IMG/VR virus record: IMGVR_UViG_3300045988_096244
Length of the DNA stretch: 64,000 nt
Reading direction: 5' to 3' (one strand)
DNA from: a virus
Below the pieces are notes generated by a model, which saw only the letters and a program-made list of their open reading frames with translations, ran no database searches and was not told where the DNA came from. The position numbers and the translations under genes were made by a program. Shown here piece by piece: positions 36,879 through 45,512 of this stretch (its first letter is position 1; each line of letters opens with the position of its first letter).

Positions 36879-37514
36879 ATGGCAAAGGACATTAGCAAGA
36901 AAGACCTGGCAGCAAAGAAAGCTCGCCGGGCTCAGAAGGAAATGCTGGCCTACATGGAAGAGAACAATCTCGACCCCAAGAAAGACTGGACAGGCCACAA
37001 GAAACACGGTAAGAAAATCCAGGCATGGATTGACGTTATCAACCTCGGAAACAAGAAGGCCCGGGAACTCAACGAGGAAAAGGCCATCGAGAAGTCCGAA
37101 AAGAAAAAGAACAAGAAGCCGGAAGCCCATCCCAAGAAGGAAAAGGTAACCAGCACTCCGAATGCCTACGACTATCCTACGGTAGATGGCAAGGAGATGA
37201 CTTCGGACCAGAAAAAGAAGTATCGCCAGAAGATGCGTACTCTTCTGAAGACGATGTCGAAGGAGAAGGCCGAAGCAGAAGGAAAGAAATATGCTGCAGA
37301 GCTGGCTTCAGGTTCGACTGCTGCTCCAAAGAAGGAGAAGGCCGAAGCAGAAGGAAAGAAATATGCTGCAGAGCTGGCTTCAGGTTCGACTGCTGCTCCA
37401 AAGAAGGAGAAGGCAAAGAAGGAAGAGCCGGCCAAGGAAAAGAAGGCTGAGAAACCTGCCAAGGAAGGCAAGGACAAGAAAAAGAAAAATAAGGTAAAGA
37501 AAGAGGAGGATTAA
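36879..37514 (+). CDS. Lys/Glu/Ala-rich low-complexity protein with an internal 24-aa duplication
   Basis: Track ORF with GC-rich codons. It contains KEKAEAEGKKYAAELASGSTAAPK twice. Confidence 0.5.
   Translation: MAKDISKKDLAAKKARRAQKEMLAYMEENNLDPKKDWTGHKKHGKKIQAWIDVINLGNKKARELNEEKAIEKSEKKKNKKPEAHPKKEKVTSTPNAYDYPTVDGKEMTSDQKKKYRQKMRTLLKTMSKEKAEAEGKKYAAELASGSTAAPKKEKAEAEGKKYAAELASGSTAAPKKEKAKKEEPAKEKKAEKPAKEGKDKKKKNKVKKEED
37260..37414 (+). repeat. perfect 72-bp tandem duplication (2 copies + 11-bp partial third)
   Basis: 37260-37331 and 37332-37403 are identical base for base. The next 11 nt (aaggagaaggc) repeat again. Confidence 0.95.
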
Positions 37515-37544
37515 ACCGATAGGCAATCAGTGAAACTTCTCATG

Positions 37545-37577
37545 CCCCGAATCCACGAAGGGTTCGGGGTTCTTTGT
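37545..37577 (+). terminator. rho-independent terminator
   Basis: ccccgaa (37545-37551) pairs with ttcgggg (37563-37569), followed by ttctttgtt. Confidence 0.65.
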
Positions 37578-37609
37578 TGAATATACCTATACAACACCAC
37601 TGAATTTAA

Positions 37610-37641
37610 TTTGTATATTATAATAATAAGTATTATATTTG
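37610..37641 (+). promoter_or_regulatory. Bacteroidota-type promoter (TTTG-N20-TAtaTTTG)
   Basis: TTTG at 37610-37613 and TATATTTG at 37634-37641, within tattatatttgcataacgaaa. ATG lies 20 nt downstream. Confidence 0.7.
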
Positions 37642-37661
37642 CATAACGAAATATTATAAAG

Positions 37662-38105
37662 ATGAAAATCAACCGAGGCTGTATTAAACTGAAATTGCAA
37701 AGGCATCTATCTGCCCAGGAAATATGGAATCAGATTATGGATGTGCATATTCAGGCGCTGGAATCCCTTTTAGAGGATAAGAGCTTAGATAACTGGAAAA
37801 TTATATTCCCCTGCTATGGAACTTCTCTAGAAGCGGTAGAATCAATGGCAAGGGAATATATAGAAGCCTTCAAAAGGGTTCAAGGCAATACGTTCAACGA
37901 AAGATATGAGGATGTTGAAACTATGTTGGTAACCGGATTAAACCAAAGATGGTTCAATACTATCATGAGTACACTCTATATGATGGAAGAGGACTTAATG
38001 GAAATGAGTTCTGATTCCGTCTTCACTCTCTGGGATATTTTCTTCACATGCCAGGCACTGCGTAAAGAAAATAATGTGGTAGCTATGGGACTTAACACTT
38101 TCTAG
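37662..38105 (+). CDS. hypothetical protein (early region)
   Basis: Track ORF directly downstream of a consensus promoter. Confidence 0.5.
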   Translation: MKINRGCIKLKLQRHLSAQEIWNQIMDVHIQALESLLEDKSLDNWKIIFPCYGTSLEAVESMAREYIEAFKRVQGNTFNERYEDVETMLVTGLNQRWFNTIMSTLYMMEEDLMEMSSDSVFTLWDIFFTCQALRKENNVVAMGLNTF

Positions 38106-38122
38106 CTTAAAGGACAGTAAAG

Positions 38123-38350
38123 ATGAAAGACACAATTAAAATCACAGGCTCATCAAGGATTGAAAAGGTTATCTTTGATGACGAGACAAGGGACATTGAG
38201 ATAACCTTCAAAGGGGAAAAGGTATACCGGTATAATTCGGTATCTGAATTCGACTTCAGAATGTTCAAAGAGGATATCCAAAACGGAGAATCCGTTGGGA
38301 AGTCCTTCGAGAAAAGAATCAGGAATAAGTACGCAGGAGTAAGATTATGA
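38123..38350 (+). CDS. KTSC-domain protein
   Basis: By eye, SSRIEKVIFDDETRDIEITFKGEKVYRYNSVSEFDFRMFKE...SVGKSFEKRIRNKY matches the KTSC pattern (S.i..v.Yd....L.v.F..G..Y.Y..V....y..l....S.G.yf...I). Confidence 0.55.
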   Translation: MKDTIKITGSSRIEKVIFDDETRDIEITFKGEKVYRYNSVSEFDFRMFKEDIQNGESVGKSFEKRIRNKYAGVRL

Positions 38351-38766
38351 AAAGGTATTACACCCCAGACGGGGAACCCGATGAAGCTAAGACCACTTGG
38401 GTAGCAGTAAAGAAAGGAATCATAGGGGTATCAGTATTCTGTGCAATATGCGTATTGTGGGATACTAAGACAGTTCCCCCTACTCCCGATGCTACTCCTC
38501 ACTGGAAAAACTGGGATGAGTCAAGACACTTATCCGAGGTAAAGAGCTATGACTACAAAAACGGTATCATTCACTATCGGGATGAATCTACCGGAGAGAG
38601 ACCCATGGAGTTAAATCTTCATGGGTCTTCTGGCAGTTATGGTTCTGGTATAACTCTGCAAGTATCAGGTGCATCAGTACACTTGGATATGGATGCAGGA
38701 GAATTGATGGACCAGTTAACTGAGGATGTAGATTTTTACGAATACTTCGAACGAAATATGGATTGA
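38347..38766 (+). CDS. hypothetical membrane-anchored protein
   Basis: Track ORF with one TM segment (IIGVSVFCAICVLW) and a 4-nt overlap. Confidence 0.45.
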   Translation: MKRYYTPDGEPDEAKTTWVAVKKGIIGVSVFCAICVLWDTKTVPPTPDATPHWKNWDESRHLSEVKSYDYKNGIIHYRDESTGERPMELNLHGSSGSYGSGITLQVSGASVHLDMDAGELMDQLTEDVDFYEYFERNMD

Positions 38767-38767
38767 T

Positions 38768-39088
38768 ATGGCAGGTCGGATTAAATTCAAAGTAAACAAG
38801 TACGTTCACGGTTCAAGAAGCAAGGATGTATTTGAATTCAAGCCTAAAGCTCAGATTATATTCGAGGGTAAGAGGATTGGTCATATAATTGACACAGAGG
38901 TATACTTCCACATAAGTGTAAAAGACCCTATCCTAAACTACATACCTGAATTGTGGGGAAAATTCTCTACTCATCAGGAAGCAAAGGAAGCAGTAATAAC
39001 TCAGGCAGAATATATCTGGAAAACACTAAACATTTATCACCCACTTAAAACATTAGCACCAAACTACGGATTATGGGAAAAGAAGTAA
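38768..39088 (+). CDS. hypothetical protein
   Basis: Track ORF, tightly packed. Confidence 0.45.
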   Translation: MAGRIKFKVNKYVHGSRSKDVFEFKPKAQIIFEGKRIGHIIDTEVYFHISVKDPILNYIPELWGKFSTHQEAKEAVITQAEYIWKTLNIYHPLKTLAPNYGLWEKK

Positions 39089-39399
39089 AGAAACCGACAA
39101 ACAGCTGGGTATGGAAAAAGATATTCGGTGTAACCCTATTGGGATGGATGAATATCCTGATATTCCAATGGCTATTCATCCGGATATCTTATAATTGGGT
39201 ATATGTAGACCCTGACAAAGATGAAGATGCTAGAACAGATGATTTCTGGGATGATGAGAAACAGCAGTTTGTTGCAAAAACTTTCTACTACTATGCCATT
39301 ATCGGGTGTATTATACCTCTAACGGGGTGGTGGGGAGACTATGTAATGCCGTTCAAATTCAAAGGTCGGTTAACTAAGGTAAAAGAATACTACGAATGA
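39073..39399 (+). CDS. hypothetical membrane protein
   Basis: Track ORF with two hydrophobic segments. Confidence 0.45.
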   Translation: MGKEVKKPTNSWVWKKIFGVTLLGWMNILIFQWLFIRISYNWVYVDPDKDEDARTDDFWDDEKQQFVAKTFYYYAIIGCIIPLTGWWGDYVMPFKFKGRLTKVKEYYE

Positions 39400-39629
39400 G
39401 TACAGTAGACTTCAAAGCTGCTTGTGCAGCTCATAGGAAATGTTGCCCATATAAGGCAACTCCATCTACAAAATGTAAAGTGGAGGACAAGGATAAGGAG
39501 AATTTATATGAGAGGTATAAAGGTAAATGTGGGGCTAATGTAGAAACTCCAGATGGTTTATGCCCGGTAAAAGATTGCTACTATATGGCTAAGTTCAAAA
39601 GAACACTCAAGAAGTTATCCGAGAAGTAA
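39396..39629 (+). CDS. hypothetical Cys-rich protein
   Basis: Track ORF with a 4-nt overlap. Confidence 0.45.
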   Translation: MSTVDFKAACAAHRKCCPYKATPSTKCKVEDKDKENLYERYKGKCGANVETPDGLCPVKDCYYMAKFKRTLKKLSEK

Positions 39630-39808
39630 TGACACCAGTAGCTGTGGCTAAAACTTATAATGAGCTTATGGGACCTGAATCTCAGGTTAAATCCGTAGAG
39701 ATACAAGATGATGGTCATAGGCAAACCCTCTATGTAAAGATGACACCCATACGTAGGGATAACTCACTCTCATCAATTAACATTGCCTTGAACGTACCAG
39801 AAAAGTAG
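39629..39808 (+). CDS. small hypothetical protein (59 aa)
   Basis: Below the track cutoff. Its ATG overlaps the previous TAA (TAATG). Sequence MTPVAVAKTYNELMGPESQVKSVEIQDDGHRQTLYVKMTPIRRDNSLSSINIALNVPEK. Confidence 0.4.
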   Translation: MTPVAVAKTYNELMGPESQVKSVEIQDDGHRQTLYVKMTPIRRDNSLSSINIALNVPEK

Positions 39809-39819
39809 TTGCAAAATTA

Positions 39820-39851
39820 TTTGCGGGGATAAATATTTATATCTATATTTG
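39820..39851 (+). promoter_or_regulatory. Bacteroidota-type promoter (TTTG-N20-TAtaTTTG)
   Basis: TTTG at 39820-39823 and TATATTTG at 39844-39851 (ctatatttgcataaac). The first ATG-led ORF of any size is about 180 nt downstream. Confidence 0.6.
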
Positions 39852-39931
39852 CATAAACAATAAAAGGGAAAGCCACAAGAGGTTAACACACAGAAGCCAA
39901 GAACACAACCTCAAAGAAATTGATAAAAATA

Positions 39932-39965
39932 TTTGCATATATATAGAAAAGTTCCCTTATATTTG
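39932..39965 (+). promoter_or_regulatory. Bacteroidota-type promoter (TTTG-N22-TAtaTTTG), tandem to the previous one
   Basis: TTTG at 39932-39935 and TATATTTG at 39958-39965 (ttatatttgcatta). Confidence 0.55.
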
Positions 39966-40028
39966 CATTAGGAAAAAGAAATAATAAAACACTTTTAATT
40001 TATTGTAAAACCTTTAATATTGTTAGCC

Positions 40029-40484
40029 ATGAAAAAGAACAAGAAAAATCAGGCTCAGAAAACCAAAAAGACCAACCTGGTAGAGGGAATCAACAACCTC
40101 ATCGAAGAGAAGACCCAGAAGGTCGAGAAATCCAAAAAGGATCTGAAGGCCGAGGCTAAAAAGGAGGAAACTCCTGAAGCGGCCAAAGAAAAGAAGGTCA
40201 AGAAGACTCAGAAAGAGAAACTGGTCGATAAGACCAAGAAAAAGGCCGAAGCCAACCTCGTCGAAGAGGTGGTAACGAAACGGGAAGTCAAGTACATCTA
40301 TCCGGCAGACTGCGAGGACACTCTTTCCCGGAAAAAGTTCCGGCAGACGGTCCGAAACAGGATTCATCAGCTGGAGCTGGCAATGCTCCGAATCGAGAAC
40401 CAGGACTCCAAGGAGTTCAAGAAAGCAAAGAAGGAGTACCTCGAGTACAAGAACCAATTCGTCAAGGAATCCGTTGCAATCTAA
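40029..40484 (+). CDS. Lys/Glu-rich low-complexity protein
   Basis: Track ORF trimmed to ATG 40029 (MKKNKKNQAQKTKKT...). Codon usage is GC-rich, like the 35.1-37.5 kb genes. Confidence 0.5.
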   Translation: MKKNKKNQAQKTKKTNLVEGINNLIEEKTQKVEKSKKDLKAEAKKEETPEAAKEKKVKKTQKEKLVDKTKKKAEANLVEEVVTKREVKYIYPADCEDTLSRKKFRQTVRNRIHQLELAMLRIENQDSKEFKKAKKEYLEYKNQFVKESVAI

Positions 40485-40566
40485 TCTTTCATAGTAGGAG
40501 AGGGGTACCGGGATAAGTAAGGTCCGGGCCCCTTAGTATAATAACACTTTAACGATATGAAAGATT

Positions 40567-40869
40567 ATGGTTGTCGGCTTACCTGAGAAAGCAATTCAGA
40601 AAGTAGACAAGGAATTGCTAGAATTACACAAAGAAGTTCTTAAGTCATATCTCACACAACGGAGTCTAAAGCACAAGTACCAAAAGAAATTCTTTAAGAT
40701 ATACGACCACTACATTACAGAGAAGAACATAAGAAGGTTTTTCTTCCGTTCTGCTAAGCTGTTTGTATATGCTTTAGTAACGGACCGATTGGATGAGATT
40801 GAAGACTATGTACCCGTAAAAGATAAGAAAAAACATGTTTCCCGAAAGAGTAAAAAGCGTAACGCTTGA
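40567..40869 (+). CDS. hypothetical protein
   Basis: Track ORF. Confidence 0.4.
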   Translation: MVVGLPEKAIQKVDKELLELHKEVLKSYLTQRSLKHKYQKKFFKIYDHYITEKNIRRFFFRSAKLFVYALVTDRLDEIEDYVPVKDKKKHVSRKSKKRNA

Positions 40870-41251
40870 TAAGTCCAGGATTACCTATTACCTTCAAACT
40901 CAGGGAAGGGTGCAAACCCACGCTGAATATCCCATAAACCCTGAATTATACCAGGTAGAGGATTTAGCCTTTGATTGCAGTGTAAGGTCTAATCAGTATC
41001 TTCCGGATTATGCAATCAAAGGGTATTTCACGGTAGATGAGAATTTACAGCACCCGGTATTCATTGAGAATACAAACGGGCCTCACCTATTATATATCAC
41101 AGGGATTCCCAGTAATCTTCCTGAGGTAGAGAGGAATAGGTTTAGGTTCCAGGAACATATTTGGTTATCATACTGGGAAGATAAGCATATAGGCTACCTT
41201 TTCCAGGTGGTAACTAGAGAACAAGCATTAACTCACTTAATAAACCGATAA
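40835..41251 (+). CDS. hypothetical protein
   Basis: Track ORF with a 35-nt overlap on the upstream ORF. Confidence 0.4.
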   Translation: MFPERVKSVTLDKSRITYYLQTQGRVQTHAEYPINPELYQVEDLAFDCSVRSNQYLPDYAIKGYFTVDENLQHPVFIENTNGPHLLYITGIPSNLPEVERNRFRFQEHIWLSYWEDKHIGYLFQVVTREQALTHLINR

Positions 41252-41271
41252 CTTACAAAATACAAAGCACT

Positions 41272-41781
41272 ATGAAAACTCAGGAGTATGTAAAGCAATT
41301 CAAATTGGACCGGGAACATTACAACTTCAACCGGGAAAAATTTATGGAGGCCTTCGGTCAGGAATTTAAGGACCGAATTGAGGCAACCATTACGGCCTGT
41401 AAAAAAATGCAAGTGCAATTCACCTATGAAAAATTCCTCCATGCCATAAAGGAGCAGCAGGATAAATTCTGGAATATTTCCAACAAGAAAATCGGGGAAC
41501 CTTTTTCGGAAGGTTTATTCTCGGCATTTTTTGCCTTGTATGTTATCCCTCTCCGGGCAAGTCTTTTCCCTAACATTCATGCCGAATTAGAGGAGAAGAG
41601 GAGAAAGGCAATTGAAAAGGATGCCAAGATTAAGGCAGAACTGGAGGCCGCTGAAAAAGAACGGCAGGAAAGGAAAAAGAAAATGGAGCCGGTTGTAAAT
41701 GCTCTGATGACCTACGTAGCAGCCAAAAACCTGGCAAAGCAACCCAAGCAGGTGGGTAATAAACTCAAAGGAAAGAAGTAA
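41272..41781 (+). CDS. hypothetical protein
   Basis: Track ORF. Confidence 0.45.
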   Translation: MKTQEYVKQFKLDREHYNFNREKFMEAFGQEFKDRIEATITACKKMQVQFTYEKFLHAIKEQQDKFWNISNKKIGEPFSEGLFSAFFALYVIPLRASLFPNIHAELEEKRRKAIEKDAKIKAELEAAEKERQERKKKMEPVVNALMTYVAAKNLAKQPKQVGNKLKGKK

Positions 41782-41819
41782 ATCCTAATAATACAAGACT
41801 CTAAAGTTACTAAGATTTT

Positions 41820-42080
41820 ATGAAGACCATTTTAGAGATAGCAAAATTGGTAGAGGATAAAATGGTGACCTTGTATCAGGAAGCCGGAGAAAATGAGGTA
41901 AACATGAGCTATTGCTTCAGACAAAGTTCTCTAACCATAGAAATGCTTTATCCTAAACACGTGCACAAGCTGCTATCTGAACTTTTAGCTATGAGTAACC
42001 AGCTTAAATGCGAGAGTCATATAGCAGATTACAAGCTCTCAATAAGCTCATCAATATTGAAGGTAAGCCTATTTCAGTGA
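41820..42080 (+). CDS. hypothetical protein
   Basis: Track ORF followed by a strong terminator. Confidence 0.45.
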   Translation: MKTILEIAKLVEDKMVTLYQEAGENEVNMSYCFRQSSLTIEMLYPKHVHKLLSELLAMSNQLKCESHIADYKLSISSSILKVSLFQ

Positions 42081-42112
42081 TCCAGCAACCTGACTATCAA
42101 AGAGTTAATTCA

Positions 42113-42146
42113 AAAAGGCCCTTACCCAATCGGGGCCTTTTTATTT
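42113..42146 (+). terminator. rho-independent terminator
   Basis: aaaaggccc (42113-42121) pairs with gggcctttt (42133-42141), followed by a T-rich tail. Confidence 0.7.
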
Positions 42147-42188
42147 ACTTATCTTGGGATTAACTATTAGATACCAAAACTTAACATT

Positions 42189-43031
42189 ATGAAAGAACAA
42201 AAGATAGTTCCAAGGTTTCCAAGAGGAATGGGAGTAACCCAATTAGCTCTACAGGCTAATGCTGGAGATGATGAAGCTCTCAAGAATCTGACCAAGTTCA
42301 TTATCCATACCTGGATTGTCAACAACGGGAAATTATGGGCAAAGGTTTATTCCGTAAATGAACTCGCGGATTTCTTGAAATGTGAACCAGCAATTATTCA
42401 GATGCAAATGAAACAAACGTTTCTAGACAACGGTTTATTTGACCGTAGCAAGATGAATGAGATTGCTGATTCTCTTATGGGAGCTTGCATATCATGGGCA
42501 CTTGAAGACCGTATGGAAGTAAGCCAGCAGGTTCAAATACTCAGGGATTCTCAGGGCGGAAGATATGCTCCATTCATCACCTCAGAAGTCAATAAGGCCC
42601 TTGGATTGAAACAGCAATCTACAACTTCTCTTCAGAGTTTAGTAAGGGCAGTAACTGGAGGGGGTACCGTGAATATCTTTGCTCAACAGAACAATCAATT
42701 CAATAATGGTGCCCAAGAAGAGCAGACTTTAACTAGAGATGAAGCCATGGAAATGATTCAAAGGGAGTTGGCTGACAAGGGTGGTATAAAGGAAATTGAA
42801 TATGTAGAGAACCAATATGACTTCAAAGAACTACCTGTTGTAGTTGCAACCAAACAAGATGGCAACAGGGGTGAGAAAGAAGGATTAACCCTTAAAAACG
42901 GAGAACTCGATAGCGTAACAGGGGACTACCATGGTGCCTTAAAAGTTTTTGACGAAGACCATCACCAAATCCGACGAGAGATAGAAGAAGGAATAGCTTA
43001 CGAAGAAGTAGACCCAGAAATCCAAGATTAG
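42189..43031 (+). CDS. hypothetical protein
   Basis: A 280-aa track ORF. No motif recognised. Confidence 0.5.
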   Translation: MKEQKIVPRFPRGMGVTQLALQANAGDDEALKNLTKFIIHTWIVNNGKLWAKVYSVNELADFLKCEPAIIQMQMKQTFLDNGLFDRSKMNEIADSLMGACISWALEDRMEVSQQVQILRDSQGGRYAPFITSEVNKALGLKQQSTTSLQSLVRAVTGGGTVNIFAQQNNQFNNGAQEEQTLTRDEAMEMIQRELADKGGIKEIEYVENQYDFKELPVVVATKQDGNRGEKEGLTLKNGELDSVTGDYHGALKVFDEDHHQIRREIEEGIAYEEVDPEIQD

Positions 43032-43044
43032 CCATTGATTTTTA

Positions 43045-43076
43045 TTTGCATATTTGAATTATAATTATTAAATTTG
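43045..43076 (+). promoter_or_regulatory. Bacteroidota-type promoter (TTTG-N20-TAaaTTTG)
   Basis: TTTG at 43045-43048 and TAAATTTG at 43069-43076 (taaatttgtataaac). Confidence 0.65.
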
Positions 43077-43099
43077 TATAAACAAAAAATCAAAAGGCT

Positions 43100-43345
43100 A
43101 TGTATTTAATAATTAGACCCAGTAGCAATGACACTATAGCTATTGCTCTTGGTGGTAAATTAAAGGGAATAAAGGTTAAGAATTCCTGGGTAACTCTATA
43201 TCTATCCCAAGATGATCTTTGTAAGATAAAATATACCCTTGAAAATTATGATTATCATGGTAAGTACTTAATATCATTCCTGGATAAATCTTTAAGTATT
43301 AAAAGTAAAAGTGAACAAGGAGAAGAGATTCAATTCAATCTATAA
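43100..43345 (+). CDS. hypothetical protein
   Basis: Track ORF downstream of a promoter. Confidence 0.45.
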   Translation: MYLIIRPSSNDTIAIALGGKLKGIKVKNSWVTLYLSQDDLCKIKYTLENYDYHGKYLISFLDKSLSIKSKSEQGEEIQFNL

Positions 43346-43357
43346 CAAACACCTACT

Positions 43358-43870
43358 ATGAAAGAAGTATTAAACGCAACTCAAGTAGTAAACCGAGTAA
43401 ATCAACTTATCAATGAAGATAAGAAGTTAAAGGTATTCGGTTTACCTTATCCACCTTATCAGGAAGACTTGGTCTTTACCGATGAGAGAATCCATCGGCA
43501 GGGTTGGCTATGCACCAACTCGAAGGTAACTTTATCAGCATCTGCCTGTGCTACCAAGATAAAGATACACACAATCACGGGTTGGTGCAACCTTTTCCAA
43601 TATGTTGAAAACGGCAAATACATCGATACCCTCAGTGAAGACGGGAACTACGTCGGTATGTCGATTATGGATGATATCTGCCCGGGAATGCTTTTGGGAG
43701 AGTCTCAGGAAGACAAATTGATAAATCTGGGTATGATTATAGATGTAATGGATGATGAAGATGAAGCTATTCGTACGGTAACAGTAGTTGGCACGGATTT
43801 CTTGGAAAGAAACTATCATTCATTAGCCAAAGAACCTTCAAGTTACTTTGTATTCGACAAAATCATGTAA
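43358..43870 (+). CDS. hypothetical protein
   Basis: Track ORF. Confidence 0.45.
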   Translation: MKEVLNATQVVNRVNQLINEDKKLKVFGLPYPPYQEDLVFTDERIHRQGWLCTNSKVTLSASACATKIKIHTITGWCNLFQYVENGKYIDTLSEDGNYVGMSIMDDICPGMLLGESQEDKLINLGMIIDVMDDEDEAIRTVTVVGTDFLERNYHSLAKEPSSYFVFDKIM

Positions 43871-43881
43871 CACTTTTATAT

Positions 43882-44211
43882 ATGCACACTAATCATCGCA
43901 TAGCTCTTTTAATCAGGGCAAGCAGACTTTACTGCCACAGCATGTACCAGGAGTATGACCCAAAATATTATCCCACAATCAAAGAAGTAGTTCTCAACTT
44001 TACTAACAAACTCTTCGGTACAAAGAGTATTGAGAACAAGATAGATATCAAGGTATTGCCTCTGTTTGAGGATAATTACATAGGGGTAAATATAGCTATG
44101 GAGTTCCCTGATGAATCCGGTCTGGAGTTCGAGCTTACAAGCAACCACTTATTCCGGAAAAAGATTACTACTACAAGCCGAGACCTATACCAGCTAAGGC
44201 CTAATAAATAA
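43882..44211 (+). CDS. hypothetical protein
   Basis: Track ORF followed by a terminator. Confidence 0.45.
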   Translation: MHTNHRIALLIRASRLYCHSMYQEYDPKYYPTIKEVVLNFTNKLFGTKSIENKIDIKVLPLFEDNYIGVNIAMEFPDESGLEFELTSNHLFRKKITTTSRDLYQLRPNK

Positions 44212-44220
44212 AGGACCATT

Positions 44221-44247
44221 AAGACCTCTTATCTAGAGGTCTTTTTT
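44221..44247 (+). terminator. rho-independent terminator
   Basis: aagacctct (44221-44229) pairs with agaggtctt (44235-44243), followed by a T-run to 44247. Confidence 0.75.
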
Positions 44248-44327
44248 GTGTTACTAAACTAAACTTACCTTTATAAGGATTAAAATCTCTAGAACCTATT
44301 CCTACTGCCTGATGCCGAGAAGTTTTA

Positions 44328-44359
44328 TTTGCATATTAAAAATATTATTGCTATATTTG
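44328..44359 (+). promoter_or_regulatory. Bacteroidota-type promoter (TTTG-N20-TAtaTTTG)
   Basis: TTTG at 44328-44331 and TATATTTG at 44352-44359 (ctatatttgtataaag). Confidence 0.65.
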
Positions 44360-44393
44360 TATAAAGATAAAAATAAACCTTAAATATAATACC

Positions 44394-44598
44394 ATGGAAA
44401 AGAAAAAGATTAAGGACTTAGCAAAAGGGGAATACTTTATTCTGAATCCCCTCGAAGAATCCCAATGCCTCTCAAGTCTGGGTAAGAGGAGAATACATCA
44501 GGGAAGCTAAGAAATACAGTACCTACAAATGAGAGGACACTAATCATGAAACTCTCAGGAAAGGAGACAAGGAAGTTTACATAGGTTTTACCTTTTAA
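44394..44598 (+). pseudogene. small gene disrupted by a +1 frameshift and an in-frame TGA
   Basis: Frame A reads MEKKKIKDLAKGEYFILNP..., stopping at 44508. The +1 frame continues ...SKNPNASQVWVRGEYIREAKKYSTYK*EDTNHETLRKGDKEVYIGFTF (TGA at 44530-44532, final TAA at 44596-44598). The frames meet at a CCCC run (44448-44451). Confidence 0.5.
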
Positions 44599-44609
44599 CA
44601 CTTACAACT

Positions 44610-44840
44610 ATGGCACAGCAGAAAAGGTACAAATTGCTCATTTGGTTCTATCTCCACAATCACCTTCACAAAAGTATTCATGCTGCACATAGCATGGAGG
44701 TAGAACTAACCCGGAAAACTGAAGTTAGTGAATGGGTAGATGAGAATGATGAGAGTATTGCAAAAGCATACCTCATTGACCGGGTTAAAGATACCCGAGA
44801 AACGGTAATAGAAAGAAATATTGAACGAACAATATACTAA
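44610..44840 (+). CDS. hypothetical protein
   Basis: Track ORF. Confidence 0.4.
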   Translation: MAQQKRYKLLIWFYLHNHLHKSIHAAHSMEVELTRKTEVSEWVDENDESIAKAYLIDRVKDTRETVIERNIERTIY

Positions 44841-44851
44841 AACTAAAGATT

Positions 44852-45070
44852 ATGAGTTACACAGTAGAAGACCTGATTGGAGCTCTAGAAGAAATGGACC
44901 CTCAGGCACCAGTAATGGTAGCAGTACAACCCATATGGCCATTTGAACACAGTATCACTGGTGTTATCAATGCTCAGAATGGGACGGTATACCTTGCATC
45001 AAAACAGGAAGGTTATTTACCCCCAGAAGCTAAAGAAGCTTTCGAAGAAAACGGTATCCCTTTTTTCTAA
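44852..45070 (+). CDS. hypothetical protein
   Basis: Track ORF. Confidence 0.45.
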   Translation: MSYTVEDLIGALEEMDPQAPVMVAVQPIWPFEHSITGVINAQNGTVYLASKQEGYLPPEAKEAFEENGIPFF

Positions 45071-45093
45071 CCTCATCTGACCTCTGATTTATA

Positions 45094-45125
45094 TTTGCAA
45101 ATATAGATTAAATTCATTATATTTG
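45094..45125 (+). promoter_or_regulatory. Bacteroidota-type promoter (TTTG-N20-TAtaTTTG)
   Basis: TTTG at 45094-45097 and TATATTTG at 45118-45125. Confidence 0.65.
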
Positions 45126-45155
45126 TAATATAGAAAAGAAATAAAATCGAATATT

Positions 45156-45512
45156 ATGAAAGATTACAAAAAGGTATTGCTGGATGGGTTAAGGAAGTCG
45201 AGCAATGTTCAAGAAGAAGAGAGGGATTGCATTAAAGAAGCAATTAAAGAAACCTACCTTGGTATGGTAAAAGAGTTGGATGCCCGATTAGGGTTAGAAC
45301 TCTTTGATTATCGGGTAGAAGTAAGATACTACTCTGATGGAATCCCGGAAAGGTTCAAACATACTCTCTGGGTTAAATTCTCGGATGAGACCATGCCCAA
45401 GATGTCTTTCAGAGGGGCAATGCAACAGGTGGTATCTATCCTCTCAACTGGAGAGGATGAAGTAAAGATTATCAGTCATAACACTGGACTCAAAATCGAG
45501 ATAGTAGCATGA
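45156..45512 (+). CDS. hypothetical protein
   Basis: Track ORF downstream of a promoter. Confidence 0.45.
   Translation: MKDYKKVLLDGLRKSSNVQEEERDCIKEAIKETYLGMVKELDARLGLELFDYRVEVRYYSDGIPERFKHTLWVKFSDETMPKMSFRGAMQQVVSILSTGEDEVKIISHNTGLKIEIVA

Noticed and set aside
44530-44532. In-frame TGA as a sign of TGA-to-Trp recoding (an alternative genetic code, as in some Bacteroidota phages)
   Set aside because: TGA clearly terminates many well-defined genes here (for example primase at 9353-9355 and the ATGA overlaps at 10309, 16404 and 46420). A single TGG-to-TGA transition in an already frameshifted gene is the simpler reading.
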